Assembly (NCBI GenBank): GCA_951406725.2
Contig: OX597818.1
Span: 128,650,001-128,714,000 of the forward strand
Reading direction: 5' to 3'
DNA from: Octopus vulgaris
Taxonomy: Eukaryota
DNA: 64,000 nt
Shown here piece after piece: positions 16,136-29,925 of the stretch; within the stretch, counting starts at the first letter, position 1, and each line of letters opens with the position of its first letter. Made by a program: the position numbers and the translations under genes. The notes beneath the pieces were generated by a model, which was not told the DNA's origin, ran no database searches, and worked only from the letters and a program-made list of their open reading frames with translations.

Positions 16136-17159
16136 GTAAGTTGGCTCTTTTTATTATCATATACATATATTTCTCTTTTTTAAACAGATTCGGGTACCTG
16201 GTTTGACCCCTGGTCTTGCCAGTTCCTGTCAAGCCATCCAACCCATGCCAGCAGGGAAAACAGATATTATATGCTGACAATGACGATGATGATGATGAAA
16301 TCACTGATCAAAATTTCAATGAAAGTTAAATTTGATAGATGTGTATCATTTTGGATTTACTACATAATGATAAATGGCATTATTTAGAATAAGACACTAT
16401 CTTAGGGATCAATAATAGTATGCAAACGTATGTTCTCCATTAGATAGATTCCAAGATTCCATAATTTTCAAGACAAAATAAGGCAGCTAGCTAACAGAAT
16501 CATTAAGCACTCCAGGCAAAATGCTTAGCTGCATTTTATTCATCTTCATGTTCTGAGTTCAAATCCTGCTGAGGCCAGCTTTGCTTTTCATCCTCTCAGG
16601 GTTAATAAAATAAGTACCAGTTGGGCACTGGGGTATATGTAATTGACTAATCCCCTCCCCCCAAAATTGCTGGCCTTGTGCAAAAATTTGAAAACCAATA
16701 TTTTCGAGTTAAAATGTATTCAAGGATCCATTGTGCACTTGCTGTTGTTAGCTTTCCTTCCACTGGGGAAAAACTGTAAACCATAGTGTTTTTTGTACAT
16801 CATCATTGTTATGCTGGCTTTTTCATGCTTGTCTGGGTCAAATGGAATTTATTGAAGTGGATTTTCTTCAGCCAGATACCCTTCCTGACACCAACCCTCG
16901 CTTGTTTCCAAGTAAGATAATATTTTCCCATGAGCAGACATGTTTTCATAAAAGGTTGGAAACAAAGGATACTGCTTGCTTGACAGTAACATTCATTTAC
17001 AACTATTAAGCAATATCCGAGCTAGGAGACTGTAACAGATGCACATATTCATACATAAGGGGTGTATACACACACACACACACACACATGATTGGCTTCT
17101 ATCAGTTTTCATCTACCAAAGCCACTCACAAGCCTTTGGTCTGCTTGGGGCTATTATAT

Positions 17160-17722
17160 CATCATCATCATCATCTTTTAACGTCCGCCTTCAATGCTAG
17201 CATGGGTTGGACGGTTCAACTGGGGTCTGGGAAGCCAGAAGGCTGCACCAGGCCCAGTCTGATCTGGCAGTGTTTCTACAGCTGGATGCCCTTCCTAACG
17301 CCAACCACTCCGTGAGTGTAGTGGGTGGTTTTTACGTGCCACCGGCACAGGTGCCAGACGAGGCTGGCAAATGGCCACGATCGGTTGGTGCTTTTTATGT
17401 GCCACCGGCACGGAGACCAGTCGGGTGGCGCTGGCTGTGGCCACGTTCGGATGGATCTCTTACGTGCTACCGGCACTGGTATCACAGCTACAAATTCCAT
17501 TGATGTTGATAGATTACGATTTTGATATACATATAAATATGATATTATAAGACTGCACCTGCTCCTTGTCCCTTTATCATAGTGTCTTATCCCTTCCTCT
17601 ATACCCTCAGTTGAGGGTGGGGTCTTAATTTGCTGGTACTTGGTGACCTCACCAGTGCTGGTTCCACATAAAGAGCATCCAGTACACTGTCAAGTAGTTG
17701 CCATTAAGAAGGGCATCCAGCT
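17160..17722 (+). repeat. Composite family C repeat plus flank; inverted duplicate of 31921-32415
   Basis: 17521-17722 matches the reverse complement of 31921-32122 with 2 mismatches, by manual comparison. Confidence 0.85.
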
Positions 17723-17725
17723 TGG

Positions 17726-18420
17726 ATTAGGTTGGCAACAAGTTCCCGCAGTTTTTTTAAATTAAAATTTTTTAAAAGGTTTAATAAAAAAATAACAACT
17801 AATTAATCAATAATGTATTCACCCATGTTGTTTACAACTTCTTCCCATTGTTCAAGAAGATTTTCAATACCTAGTTGGTAGAAATCACCCGATTTCGACT
17901 TGAAAAATTGATCCAACCAAACTCTCAATTCTGCATCAGTATTGAACGAAACTCTGCGCATAGCATTTGAAAGAGATCAAAAGAGGTGGAAATCCATTGG
18001 TGCCAAATCAGGAAAGTACGGCGGGTGTGGTAGCACTTCCCAGCCATGCGTTTGAATGGCTTCCTTGGTCATATTGGCGATACAAGGGTGGGCATTGTCA
18101 TGCAGCAGAAGAACTCTATGCTGACGATTAGGTCTTTTCTCTTGAATAGCCATGTTGAGTCGTTCCATCTGTTGAACATAGATTTCTGCATTGACGATTT
18201 GGTTCCATTCAAGCAATTCGTAATGGATAATGCCTTCCCAGTACCACCATATGCACAACATCGTTTTACGTGGATGAAGATCTTGTTTCACGCACGGTGC
18301 ACTTGTTTACCGGGGCTAAGCCATTCTTTATATTGCTTCATATTGATGTACAGGCACCATTTTTCGGCGCCAGTAACGATTTGGTAAAGAAATCATTGCT
18401 TATGTCCATGAGTTGAGTGG
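17726..18420 (-). mobile_element. Mariner (DD34D) transposase relic with one TIR
   Basis: LHPRKTMLCIWW...LLHDNAHP...HPPYFPDLAPMDFHLF, interrupted by stops; TIR-like attaggttggcaacaagttcc. Confidence 0.9.
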
Positions 18421-19622
18421 TGACGAGCAAGCAAACCAGCGGAGATTGTGGCTCATTGATTTTTGTTGTTGTCACTTCAAGCATGTGGAACCCATGCTCC
18501 ATACTTCTGAAACTTTCCCATTCACTGAATTACTATTTTCTCTCCTCTCCCTTCACCATTCATTCCTACTGTATGATTTTGGACAAATATATACATATGT
18601 AGGGGTCTAGCTTGACCCTGCCTGAGATTTGAAACCAAATCCACCGGCTTGTTGCTTGTGAAAATGAGTGGGTAATCCTCCACACTAGATGATTGATGAA
18701 ACATTCCACGTCCATCACACATTGTAGGTTGAAAGGCAAAAATTTAATTCAATGGAAACCCAGCTGAGAAAAGTGAGGTTTGAATTACTTACAGATGTCT
18801 GGCCTAGTGGTGGCAGTGTTCAGCTCATGATTGTTAGGTCATAGTTTCGATTCATGGACTGGACAGCACATTATGTCCTTGAGAAATTGCTACATTTCAC
18901 AGTGCTCCAGTTCACTCTGTTGAAAATCAACTTGGTAGAAACAATAGCATGCTTTTATCTCCTTTATATCATTACTTACTTTTGTGTAACTTTTTGTGAA
19001 GTCATGAAGTTTATCTTTTTATGCAAGGTATTGAATTGATTTAATTGATCCAATATATTACTGGCACTTATTTTATCTACTACTCTAAAAAGAAAAAGGA
19101 CAAAGTTTACCCTGATAGGATTTATATTTAGGACAAAGATTAGGTTGAGACTAAAGAAAGAAGAACTGACTATGGGTTGCAGTGTGAGATGTAGTAAACA
19201 TGCTGCATTGAACCCATGTTACCAGAAAAAATAAGTTTTAAATTGATGATAATAAATTTTTCTTGCACTTCAGTCTTGTGCAAATAGCAATCTTATTAAC
19301 TTGTAATGTGATCTTTTATCTTCTTTTCAATCTGGTTTTCCCATCATGTTTAAAAGAAGCATACCATTTTGAATATATTTTCTCAAGAAAATGGTTATTG
19401 TGGACAGAGAGAAGCTAACATACTTCTACTTAACAGAATGACTATTGCAAACCTTGTTCTGTAATATTTATTTGGCTAATTGACATGAAATGTTGCGTAA
19501 AACATATTCAGACACATGAATTTAGATATTTTCTTTCTTCTTTTAACTCTTTCATATTTCCAAAAGAATTTTTGCTCCACCTTTGTATTTTGAAAGTAAT
19601 TTTTCTTTTACTTCTGCTTCAG

Positions 19623-19737
19623 CTGTTGTAAAGGTCCACTACCAAAAGTAGCCGATAGAGTTTTAGTGGAAGCTACATACAACCCTAATATGCCTTTCAA
19701 GTGGAATGCTACTCGAATTCAAGTTCTTCCCAACCAG
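19623..19737 (+). CDS. CCAR1: CCAR1 exon, S1-like domain second half (CCKGPLPKVADRVLVEATYNPNMPFKWNATRIQVLPNQ)
   Basis: Absent from the ORF track and translated by hand; cttcag acceptor, CAG|gtatta donor; phase 2 in, phase 0 out. Confidence 0.96.
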
Positions 19738-21650
19738 GTATTATTTTTGCTTTTTGTTAACTGAATTGCATACAGATGAGATTAATGAACTTTATACAGA
19801 TAGTAGAGACTTAAATATTTGAGGCTTGTATTTTTTAAATTGTCAGGCATAGTGGAATTCTAGATAGAGGCCATATAATCACTTGTTAAAATCTTGATAG
19901 ATACATTATGTCTCTAGGTAAAGTGAATATATTTACATGCTTTAACCTGCCTTACTAAATGTAACTTCTGTTTCTGCTTAAACTGTTGAGGGTTTAGTTG
20001 TTACAAGGTCATCCAGCTGATAGTAACAATTACAACATTCTGGAGTAGTGACATATACCAAGCTGACTCTGGCTCACCACTCCTTCTCTACTTTGTAGTT
20101 AAAATGATCAAGGCAAACTCTTTTCTCACAATATGCAATATGCAATACTTTCAGAGATGCTATCCTTTTTAAAGACAGACTGTCCATTTTGGATTACACA
20201 ACTGATAAGATCTTTTAAGAGGCTTATGCTTATTTGATTTACTGCATTGTGTGCAGTAAATTCAGTAGATTCAGGTTCAGGAATTATTTAAAAAATGGTG
20301 ATTTGGGAGAATTGAAACCTCTCATTTGCAATATCATCATATTCCAGCATTATTAATTTATTATTGCTAGGTCTGTTAATGTGGAGGTGCATAGCTTAGT
20401 GGTTAAGGTGTTGAACTCATGAATAAAAGATTGTAGTTTCAATTCCTGGACCAGGCAATGCATTGTGTTCTTGAGCAAAACACTTTTTTTTTTCACGTTG
20501 CTCCAGCCCATCCACTCAGCTGGTAAAAATGAGTAATCCTGGGACAGACCAGCATCCTATCCGAGGGGGAATATATATATATGCCAGGAAACTGGGAAAC
20601 CAGCCCTATACTCCCTATGGAGAAATGTGAACTAACCACATAATTACAGGTCTGTTAATAATGATTTCTAAAACATACTTGGCAATAAATCTTTGGGAGA
20701 AAGTGCAATCATACTGACTCTGATACTTATTTTATCAGCCCTGGAGCAAAGGAAGGTAAAGTTAACTTTAACAGGATTTAAATTTAGAATGTAAATACAC
20801 ATATATAAATGCTGCAAGATAATTTGTCAGACACTTTACTGATTCTACTAATGAAGGTTTAGCTATTATAAATCAGCATTGTAGAAGGAAAATGGCTATG
20901 AGATTAAGTTCATGCAGTCAAACCTTACAAACAACACTGTTGTGTCCTTGAGCAAGACCTATAACTCTCCTTATTATTCTAGTTTATCTGCTTCACATAA
21001 AACAAGAAAATAGATTCCACTCCTTACTTTATTGCTGAGCAGATAATGAGAAGGGCATCATCTAGCTCTAAAGAGAATTGCTACAAAAGTCGTGACATTC
21101 ATCCAAGCATAGAAAAATAGAATAATAATAATAGTATAATAGTAATAATCTATAATTTAAGCACAAGGCCAGCAATTCTGAAGGTTTGGGGTTACTCAGT
21201 CACTACCATCAACTTCAGTACTTGGCAGGTACTTTACTTTATTGATCCTGGAAAGATGAAAAGCAAAGTTGACCTCAGCAGGATTTGAATTCAGAAATTC
21301 TATGAGGTCAACTTAGCTTTTCATCCTTCCAAGCTTGATGGTACCAATCAAATACGGGGCTGATTTAATCAACTTAACCCCACTCCTAAATTTAGAAACA
21401 TTATTGGAAGACAGCGAATTGGCCAAATTATTGGAATATCAGACAAAATGTCCTGCAGTATTTGTTCTGGTTCTTTATGCTCTAAATTCAAATCTCATCT
21501 AGGCCAGCTTTAATCTTTCATCATTCTATGGTTGATTTAGTTGATTAACCTCTTCTCCTAAATATCTAGGCTTGTGTTTATGCTAGAAATGCTAATAATT
21601 CTCTTTAATATCTTACTTCAGCCTGTTCTTTTCTTTTTTCTTGTTTCCAG

Positions 21651-21951
21651 AATGTGGCTCCAGCACCAATGGGTCAGATAGCCAATAGCCAAACTCTGGT
21701 CATCTCCAACCCAACAACCCTTGTGGGATCTTCTCCACTTGGAGTGACTGCAACTGTGGTCACTCCAACAATTGCTCAAACTCCAGTCATGGCACCAAGC
21801 ATTGCTCCACCAGTGTCACCAAACATTACTCCATCCATTCCAACTCCTGTTGCTGCCCCTCCACCTGTACAGCCACCAACAATAAACCAGCAGCCACCTC
21901 CGTTAATGGGACAGATACGACCTCCTGTTGCGGCAGTTGCACCTCCACCAT
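21651..21951 (+). CDS. CCAR1: CCAR1 exon, proline-rich linker (NVAPAPMGQ...VAPPP)
   Basis: Strong polypyrimidine tract and ccag acceptor, T|gtgagt donor; phase 0 in, phase 1 out, fitting both neighbours. Confidence 0.88.
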
Positions 21952-22882
21952 GTGAGTGGCTTCATTCTTTGTAATCCTCACCTTATTTTTTTTTTTTTCT
22001 CTTTATATCAGATTAACCTCATTTATGATTTATTGTGTAAAAGGTCATAGGCACAAGCATGGCTTTGTGGTTAGATCTCTTCTCAACCACATTGTTTCAA
22101 GTATAGTCCCACTGGGCTGCACTTTGGGTAACCAACAGCTTGAGAGTAAATTTGGTTGACGAAAATTTTACAAAGCTTGTGTGTGTGTGTAAATATATGT
22201 GTGTGTCTGTGTTTGAGTGAACATTTGCATTCTGCACCTCACCTGAAGATGGTCTGAGCTATAAGGGATGATGTCTGTTGACATTCCCTGTCAGCAGATG
22301 CTCTGCTAGCTCTGCTCTTTCAAAAACTGGTGGAAATAAAAATTCTTTCCTTGCAAAACAAGGGTTGGTAACAGAAAGAGCATCTGGCTGTAAAACAGTG
22401 TCCTAATAATACATATTCACCTAACCCATTCTAGCATGGGAAAACAAATGTGAAATAAAATGAACATATAAATGATTTCTAAGGATCTAAGACTTCGTTA
22501 AATCTTCTGAGTATATTTTGTTTCTCTTATAAACTATAGACCACACAATCAGCAACTATTATGTAAAAGCAAAAGACGTCAACGAGCTGGCAGAATCATT
22601 AGCTCACTGGACAAAATGCTTAGTGGTATTTCTCCTGTCGCTATGTTGTGAGTTCAAATTCAGCCAAGGTCAACTTTTCAGGGTCGATAAAATAAGTACA
22701 AGTTGAACACTGGGTGGGGTGGTTGATGTAATCAACCCATCCCCTTTCCCAAAATTGTTGCCCTTGTGGCAAAATTTGAAACCATTATTTAAAGAAAAAG
22801 AAAAATGACAGCTAAAGAGAATTTATGGATATCAATAAGTTTTAAGTTGCAATGAGGACTGGGCAAATTCTGTGGGTCCAAC

Positions 22883-23114
22883 TTAACCCTTTAGCATTTA
22901 AACTGGCCATATCCAACCAAAATATTCTACCTGTTTTATGTTCAAACCAGCCAGAACTGGCCTCTCGCACCTACCCTATTCATTTGAAAAATAAGCAATC
23001 ACATCATTGAAATCTCAAAGCTGCAAGATAATGCATGATTGATTCAAAACAATGTGAAGAAATATTTCATTTGAGAGAGAGGAAGAGAGAGTTATCTGAA
23101 AGCTAAAGGGTTAA
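22883..23114. mobile_element. piggyBac-type MITE family B
   Basis: TTAA-CCCTTTAGC ... GCTAAAGGG-TTAA ends. Confidence 0.8.
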
Positions 23115-23779
23115 GGCTGTTCAACGGAAGGATCAACTAGTAGCTAGTGGAAGTGAAGTTGTCTGTTGTTTGGGACAGGAACTGGATGAAAAGATAATCA
23201 CAATGAATGAATGATCTACAAAAAAGGGTGTAAGAGAGAAGGGCTAAAACAGAAATGGGTGACATAAGAGGCTGACAGGAGGGCTGAGTGTAGTATGAAT
23301 GAAGTTGGGTGGTTTGTTTGAAAAGAGATGGGAGGAAGGTCATGTGATCAGGCTAACAGTGTAGTAGGAGTTGACCAGTGTTTGGCACACAGGTCACTGG
23401 AATGGATACAGAAACTGGAGTGGGCTTCATTTATGCTTACTGGTTTGTTGGTTTACCTTGAGACAAATTTCATGCTCAATGCTTTGCCCCTGAGTTATAT
23501 GTTTGTTCAGGCACCTCCCGAATTTTTTTTTCGTTGATGCTCCATCCAAACACCACCTCTATCTTTTACAAACTAACCATCTCGCAATGTGACCTCAAAT
23601 TTTCTTCCTCTTATATAATTCATACTAAATTTTCGTTCCCTTTTTCAGTTGCTACACCTTCATTATTTCTGTTGCAAAAGCTCTGACTTCAAGAGTTAGT
23701 CCTACTAGTTACTCAACATTTTTCTCACTTGTAAATTTTCCTCGATCTGTCAGAGATGTATCCCCCCTCCCCGTGACTG

Positions 23780-24420
23780 TGTTATAAACTGAACCACCAT
23801 CCTACCATCAAACACATTCCTCTTCACCCTGCTAGTCTGTCTCTCTTTATACCTTCCTCCATCACTTCAGCCTTCCCTTCTCCATTCTTACATTGTAACT
23901 ATATTCTCAGAATCTCTCTCTTTCAAACGTAACAGAAACTTTTGATGTAACATTCTAATCTATAGCTCCTTTATCTCCATTGCTCCCACCTGGAACCTCT
24001 ACCTGCTTCCACATCCACTGCAATTCTTCTCCCTTCACCTGTAATACTACAGCTCTGTCTGGTTCGGTGTCCAAATTTCTAAACGCTTCTGTTTATTTAA
24101 TTTACTGCAGAGCATGCTATCATTGTAGTACTTTGTATATATATAGGAAAGACCAGTTTCTATCTGAATGATTGTTTTCAGGAACACCTACTGGATGTCT
24201 TCTATAACCTCCCTGGTTTCTTAAAACTCATGACTTACCACATTAGTTACGCTGGCCACTCTACACAGCACTACTGTCTTTGGTGTTTACCAATACCATG
24301 GTCCAAAAGCCAGTTGCCAACTCAATGAATAAAGTTCATTTTCTAAGAGATTTTGACCCCTACTACTGTGAACACTTGCCTCCAATTACTTCTGTTTATC
24401 CACCTTAATGCCCCTCAAAT
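23780..24420 (+). mobile_element. Highly decayed Penelope-like element, GIY-YIG endonuclease remnant
   Basis: Fragmented translation FTCNTT...VYLIYCRAC...LYI...F.EHL resembles the PLE GIY-YIG motif; frameshifted. Confidence 0.5.
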
Positions 24421-25266
24421 ACTGCCTTTCTTTGCCTTGCATATTTATCTGTTTTGGGTTTTTTTTTTTATGTGTGCCTGTTGCTAGTTAACCCACCTTA
24501 CATTACTAGAGTGGCTGCTTAGCCTTTCTCTCATCAACTCCCATACCAGTCATCTCTCTCTAAATCACTCATATCACACTTTGCTGTCCTGTCAGCTGCT
24601 CACATCTATCACCAATCTTTTAGGTTTCCTTTCTCTCAACTTCACATTCCACTCACTTCATTTAGTGTAATTATCTACTCGACTACTTCCTGTGTCTACA
24701 TTCAACCCTTTTTTCACTCTTTTTCCAGTTCCACCAGTCATTAGTTAATCATACAGTCAAAAGATCTCAGTCCAAAATTTCCAATAAGTTCATTCCTCAT
24801 AGTAACTAAACTTACTGATACTCAAAAACACTGCTGGTTTTACCAATTACATTGTTGCCAGTATAGACTCTCACCAGGTTCTTCAGATTCCATACTTTAC
24901 CCTATTCTGTAAAAAGCGTGACCGCTTGCTTGAATAATAGTACCACTCCTACTTGGCTAGTTTAGCGGCTACTTATAGGAAGAACATTTAAATGTATAAA
25001 CAAATGATTCAAGTTGTTCGCAAATATTCAAATTTATAAAAACCATCCCTTCTGTTCTATAAATGAGAAATGAACAGGAAATTTTGAAATTGTACTTGTC
25101 TAGCAATTGAAGGGGTGCTTTTCTTGATGAGATTGAACAATGCATTTCCTGCAGACATTCTAAGAAAATTATTACTAAAAAAAACATACTTGAAAAAACA
25201 AAATAGAGATAAAATTATCAAGTGAGCCAACTCAAATATTTCCTTTTTACTCTGAGTGAAGACCTC

Positions 25267-25924
25267 TTAATCTTTTAGCATTCATATTACTATGTCAAAT
25301 GTAATTGTTTTGAATTAACCATGCATTAATTAGCATTTAAACCAGCCATATCTAGCCAAAATATTCTAACTGTTTTATGTTGAAACTGGCCAGATCTGGC
25401 CTATTACACCTACCCTACAGTGTCATTTTAACCCTTTCGTTACCAACCCGGCCAAAACCGGCTCTGGCTCTGAGTTCAAATGTTTTATTTTCATAAGTTT
25501 TGAATTAAAATCTTCCACCAAACCTTAGCCACAATTTATGTTTGTAACACTATCTTAATGATAACTAAGTTATTTTATTAAATTCTTTGTTATATTTAAA
25601 TTAATTGAAAGAAACACAGAACATCTCAAAATAAATACAGTAACGAAAGGGTTAAAGATAAACAATTGCATCATTGAAATCTTGAAGCTATAAAACTATG
25701 CATGATTAATTCAAAACAATGTGAATAAATAAGCAATACATTTGACAGAATAATGTGACTGCTAAAGGGTTAGTTATCTTGTTAACTTTGAGATTCCGAT
25801 GATGTGATCGATTAGTTTTAGAATGACATTTTAGGATAGATGTGAGATGCTGGATCTGGCCAGTTTGAACATAAAACAAGTAGAATATTTGAGTTGAATG
25901 TGGCTGGTTTAAACGAAGGGTTAA
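25267..25924. mobile_element. Three nested piggyBac-type MITEs (A inside B inside an inverted B)
   Basis: The inner element 25428-25655 has TTAA ends and splits a family B copy (about 25330-25773), which in turn splits an opposite-orientation B copy. Confidence 0.7.
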
Positions 25925-26756
25925 TTGTAAGTTCTTTAGTTACTTGCAGTAAACTGTTAGCCTGTCCAGGACCCAATTTGTCTCGCATCTTATTTTTGCT
26001 TAAGGATACAAATCCTGGAGACAAACAATAATGCTTGTCCAAGGAACTTACACTGGAGTAAACAGATTAGTGTATTTGATAATTTGAAATGTCTATTTTA
26101 TGGTTGAGTGGCTTTCATAATACTAACTACTGAACTGTGATGAAATACTGAGAACATTAAAAGCTATTAGGATATTATTACAACCTTGTGTAAGAGCACT
26201 AAGAGCAATATTATCGGCAGTATTTGAAGCCAGATCTGTAATACTGGCTTTGCAAAAGTGTTTGTTTTTCTGTTTATTTAAACAATTGTTTTTGTTTAGT
26301 TTAAAAAATTTTTCTTATTGCAAACCAATTGTGTATAGCATTAGTTTGTTGACTATGGGTGTGTCAATTTGTTTATTGAACATAACGATTAAGTGGAAAA
26401 TTGAATAATTGTCTTTTCTGTATTGGTGTGGCTTTATTAACATATAAAAACATAACGGACTCCTGCTAATTTGGTAATAATGTATATTTAAATATGTACA
26501 CATAATATATGTGTAGCTATACACACACACACCCTTTTTTTTTTATTAAGCACACTAATATATATATACGAATTTTTATATGTCAAATAATTTAGACACA
26601 TTCAGTAGCTATATGCTAACATATTGAGGTGAAAATGTTGCTGTACATTTAAATATTCTTGACCATGAGACCTATGTGGTTGTTCAAACTGCAAGAAAAA
26701 GGAGCCATTTCTCCCTCAAATCATATTCTGCCTTCGTAAATAAGGAAAGGACATAT

Positions 26757-27345
26757 TATCAGGTCATCCCATCAGTTTTGTCCGAATTTTGAATAAAGAA
26801 AACAAGTGATCAAATATTATATTTGATTGAAATTTAATCATCAATGTACTTTCCCTGATTATCTATGACTTCCTTCCATCTATTTATAAGCTTTTTGATC
26901 CCATCAATGTAAAACCCTTTTGGTTTGAAAGCAAAGAACTCTGAAATGTCAGTTTCGACCTCCTCCTGGCTTGCAAAAGTTATGCCCCCCAAATGATTCT
27001 ATAAACTACGAAACAAATGGTAGTCTGAAGGAGCAAGGTCGGGAGAATAAGGTGGATGAGGAATTTTTTCCCAGCCAAGCTCTTCGATCTTCTGTGATGT
27101 GATCTTTGCAGTGTATGATTGCGCATTGTCCTGATGAAACATCACTCCTTTTCAATTCACTAAAGCGGGGTTTTTTTCTTCAAAGCTTAGTTCAAATACC
27201 CTAATTGCTGACAGTAGACTTGAGCATTGATTGTTGCATTAGGTAGTAACAATTTAAAGTGAATTACTCCTTTGCAATCCTACCAGATAGAGAGAAGAAC
27301 CTTTTTCCCATGAAGTTCCCTTCCCTTTTACCAAGCCACTGTTTA
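26757..27345 (-). mobile_element. Mariner transposase relic, second family
   Basis: Minus strand reads PHPPYSPDLAPSDYHLFRSL*NHLGG...RWKEVIDNQGKYIDD*. Confidence 0.88.
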
Positions 27346-28166
27346 CGCTGTTTAACATTTCGATAGAAGATCCATTTTTAGTGACTATGTCAGATGGTAT
27401 TTTGATGAACTGTCTAAGGATGATGAAAAGGAGCATTGTCGGGTCTGGTGACATAGTTACTTTGAAGTTAATGGAGCTGTTATCACACTTAGCATATATG
27501 TATACATTGTAATGAAGTTGATGTAGTTGTTGAGTGTGTGCAATGTGAATAGGCTGTGGGAGTATTGCATGTGAATCCAAAACAAGATTGAGATCCTTTT
27601 AGCAAGTGACCAAGAGAGCTTACTGGTGTGTGATGCACAAAGGTGTCTCTTGCAGAGAATACGCTTGCTTCATGAATGGTTGTCTTGCAGAACTTTAGGT
27701 AATGAATAAAAGCCACTTAGAAGAGAAGAGGTGTGTGACTTCTTTTCCAAGTTTTATAAGCCAGAATATTTTGTTTACTGTAATACTGTTACATGTGAAC
27801 TACATGGTGTTAGGGTTTTTGATGATGTGAAAGGATATGCCTAAGAAGAGGTTTAGATCACTTGCTTTGCCCTGAAGCACATTTTCTGTTGAGGATAACT
27901 TGTAACTCCTTAACATGCTACAAATACTTGCACTAAATTGCTATATCCTCCTCCTAACTCTTCTGTAGCTAATCCTTTGAACTAAAAAGTTGTATACCAC
28001 CACCATCCAACTCATCTACCTTTTCTCTCATCATCCTGTCCTCAAAACTGAGCTTTCATAACACTTATCATCCTTATAGAAATTCAAGTTGGTCATCTAT
28101 TCCATGAACTTTGCCAGTACTGCACGAAGGCCTGCAAAGGCCATGGGTACTGTCTCTCTTCTTGAA

Positions 28167-28198
<32 letters not shown>

Positions 28199-28223
28199 GT
28201 AATAATAGTAATAATAATAATAA

Positions 28224-28510
28224 CCAGGTAACCAGAATGTGGAATCTAAAAACAGAAACAATTCCTATCATAGTAGGTGCATTAGGCATGATAAAAAAAT
28301 ATTCAGACAAATACATAACAAAAACACCAGGACTTACAAACACATATAACATACAGAAAATTGCACTACTAGGCACTGCACACATTCTATGCAGAACACT
28401 TTCCATACAATAACCATCAGAGCATCACAACAAATCACAGCACATACCCAAGGCACACAGAGCTGCGCTCGGTAGTGAAGTGAAAGCACGCTATAAAAAT
28501 AAAACTACTG
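28224..28510 (+). mobile_element. 3' end of an R4/Dong-like non-LTR retrotransposon inserted in (TAA)n
   Basis: RMWNLKTETIPIIVGALGMI...IQKIALLGTAHILCRTL, a restriction-like endonuclease C-terminus; (TAA)n on both sides. Confidence 0.78.
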
Positions 28511-28873
28511 AATAATAATAATAATAATAATAATGATAATAACACTAATTTCAATCAAGCTCAATAAAATATGTATTAACTAATAAATTATGTAACATAC
28601 TAAAATTGAATTACTCAACCTTCTCTCTGACCAGTTTTATCCCTCATCAGAAACAAACCTGCTACTCTGCTGATAGGGAAAGGATGTTAAAGGCAGTTGG
28701 AAAATTTGTTTCTTTTCTTTTTAGAAATATTTTCTAACAAAACATGAACTCCCTTTTCACTCTGTAGTTTTAATTGTACAAAACACCAATGATCTCTTTA
28801 AATTTTAATGATGTATTATTAATATTTTTCCACTCTCTCTTTTTTTTTTTTTTTTTTTTTTTTAAACATTTAG

Positions 28874-29165
28874 CTCTAATTCAGCAGAGTGGTACAATAC
28901 GGGTCCCTATGTCAGCTCGGCGTGGCCCAATGGGAATGAGATTTGATCGTGATAGAGAGCGAGAACAAAGAGATAAAGACAGGGAGATGCGTGAGAGGGA
29001 AAGGCGAGAGCAGAGGCGGGACAAGTCACTGAACAAACGACCACGGTCTCCGAACAATCATCGTTCCCATTCACCATCTCAGAGAGCTCGCAGTCCAAAG
29101 AGGAGACGGAACCCACGGGTTGTACCCCGATATGTTGTTCAGATACCGAAGTTATCATTAGAAAC
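28874..29165 (+). CDS. CCAR1: CCAR1 exon, RE/RS-rich region (LIQQSG...RSPKRRRNPRVVPRYVVQIPKLSLE)
   Basis: Poly-T tract then tag acceptor, AC|gtaagg donor; the RVVPRYxVQxxKxSL motif is typical of CCAR1. Confidence 0.93.
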
Positions 29166-29275
29166 GTAAGGACTGCTTGATGCATTTCTAAAAGATGTTT
29201 TATTTTGTCATTGAATAACTCTGCTCAGCTCTTCAGCTTATGTTACTGTAGTGGCCAATCGAAATTTATGATCCA

Positions 29276-29338
29276 TGAGCTGAGCATGATATATATTGAG
29301 CTGAGCATGATATATATTGAGCTGAGCATGATATATAT
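29276..29338. repeat. 21-bp tandem repeat x3 (tgagctgagcatgatatatat)
   Basis: Directly visible. Confidence 0.9.
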
Positions 29339-29925
29339 TAGGTACTGTGGAATCTTATTCAATTGCCTTTGGAATTGTGATCCCTCATGTTTATTATATT
29401 ATTGTTCTGCTTCTGAAAATTTGCATTAGTAGTGGATAAATTGAATTCAAAACTTATTGATATTGTTTCTGTATTGATATTGTTATTGGCGTTAGGAAGG
29501 GCATCCAGCTGTAGAAACACTGCCAGATCTGACTGGCCTGGTGCAGCCTTCGGGCTTCCCAGACCCCAGTTGAACCGTCCAACCCATGCTAGCATGGAAA
29601 GCGGACGCTAAACGATGATGATGATGATGATACGTTTCTACTTCATTTATTATACTGCCATCATTTTATATTGTTGTTGAACATCATTGATCTGCTCACC
29701 TTGAGCAGACCTATCTCTGTCATGGTGATAAATAATCAATGTGGTTTTTTTTGTTTTTTTGGTTATCTTTAGCATTTTTTGCCCGACATATAAGTATTAC
29801 ATTTGAAGTAAGGGAATCTTTATATGGTTTGCTCAAACAACTACAGCTAGCAGCTATGTCCTTCTCAAACCACACCCCAGTTTTCAAAAGGAACACATTA
29901 AATAATGTTTTGAAGTCTAGTATTC

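Noticed and set aside
28620-28655. Second hammerhead-like motif on the minus strand (CTGATGAGGGATAAAACTGGTCAGA)
   Set aside because: The stem II 3' arm and the GAAA box are missing; at best a decayed copy.
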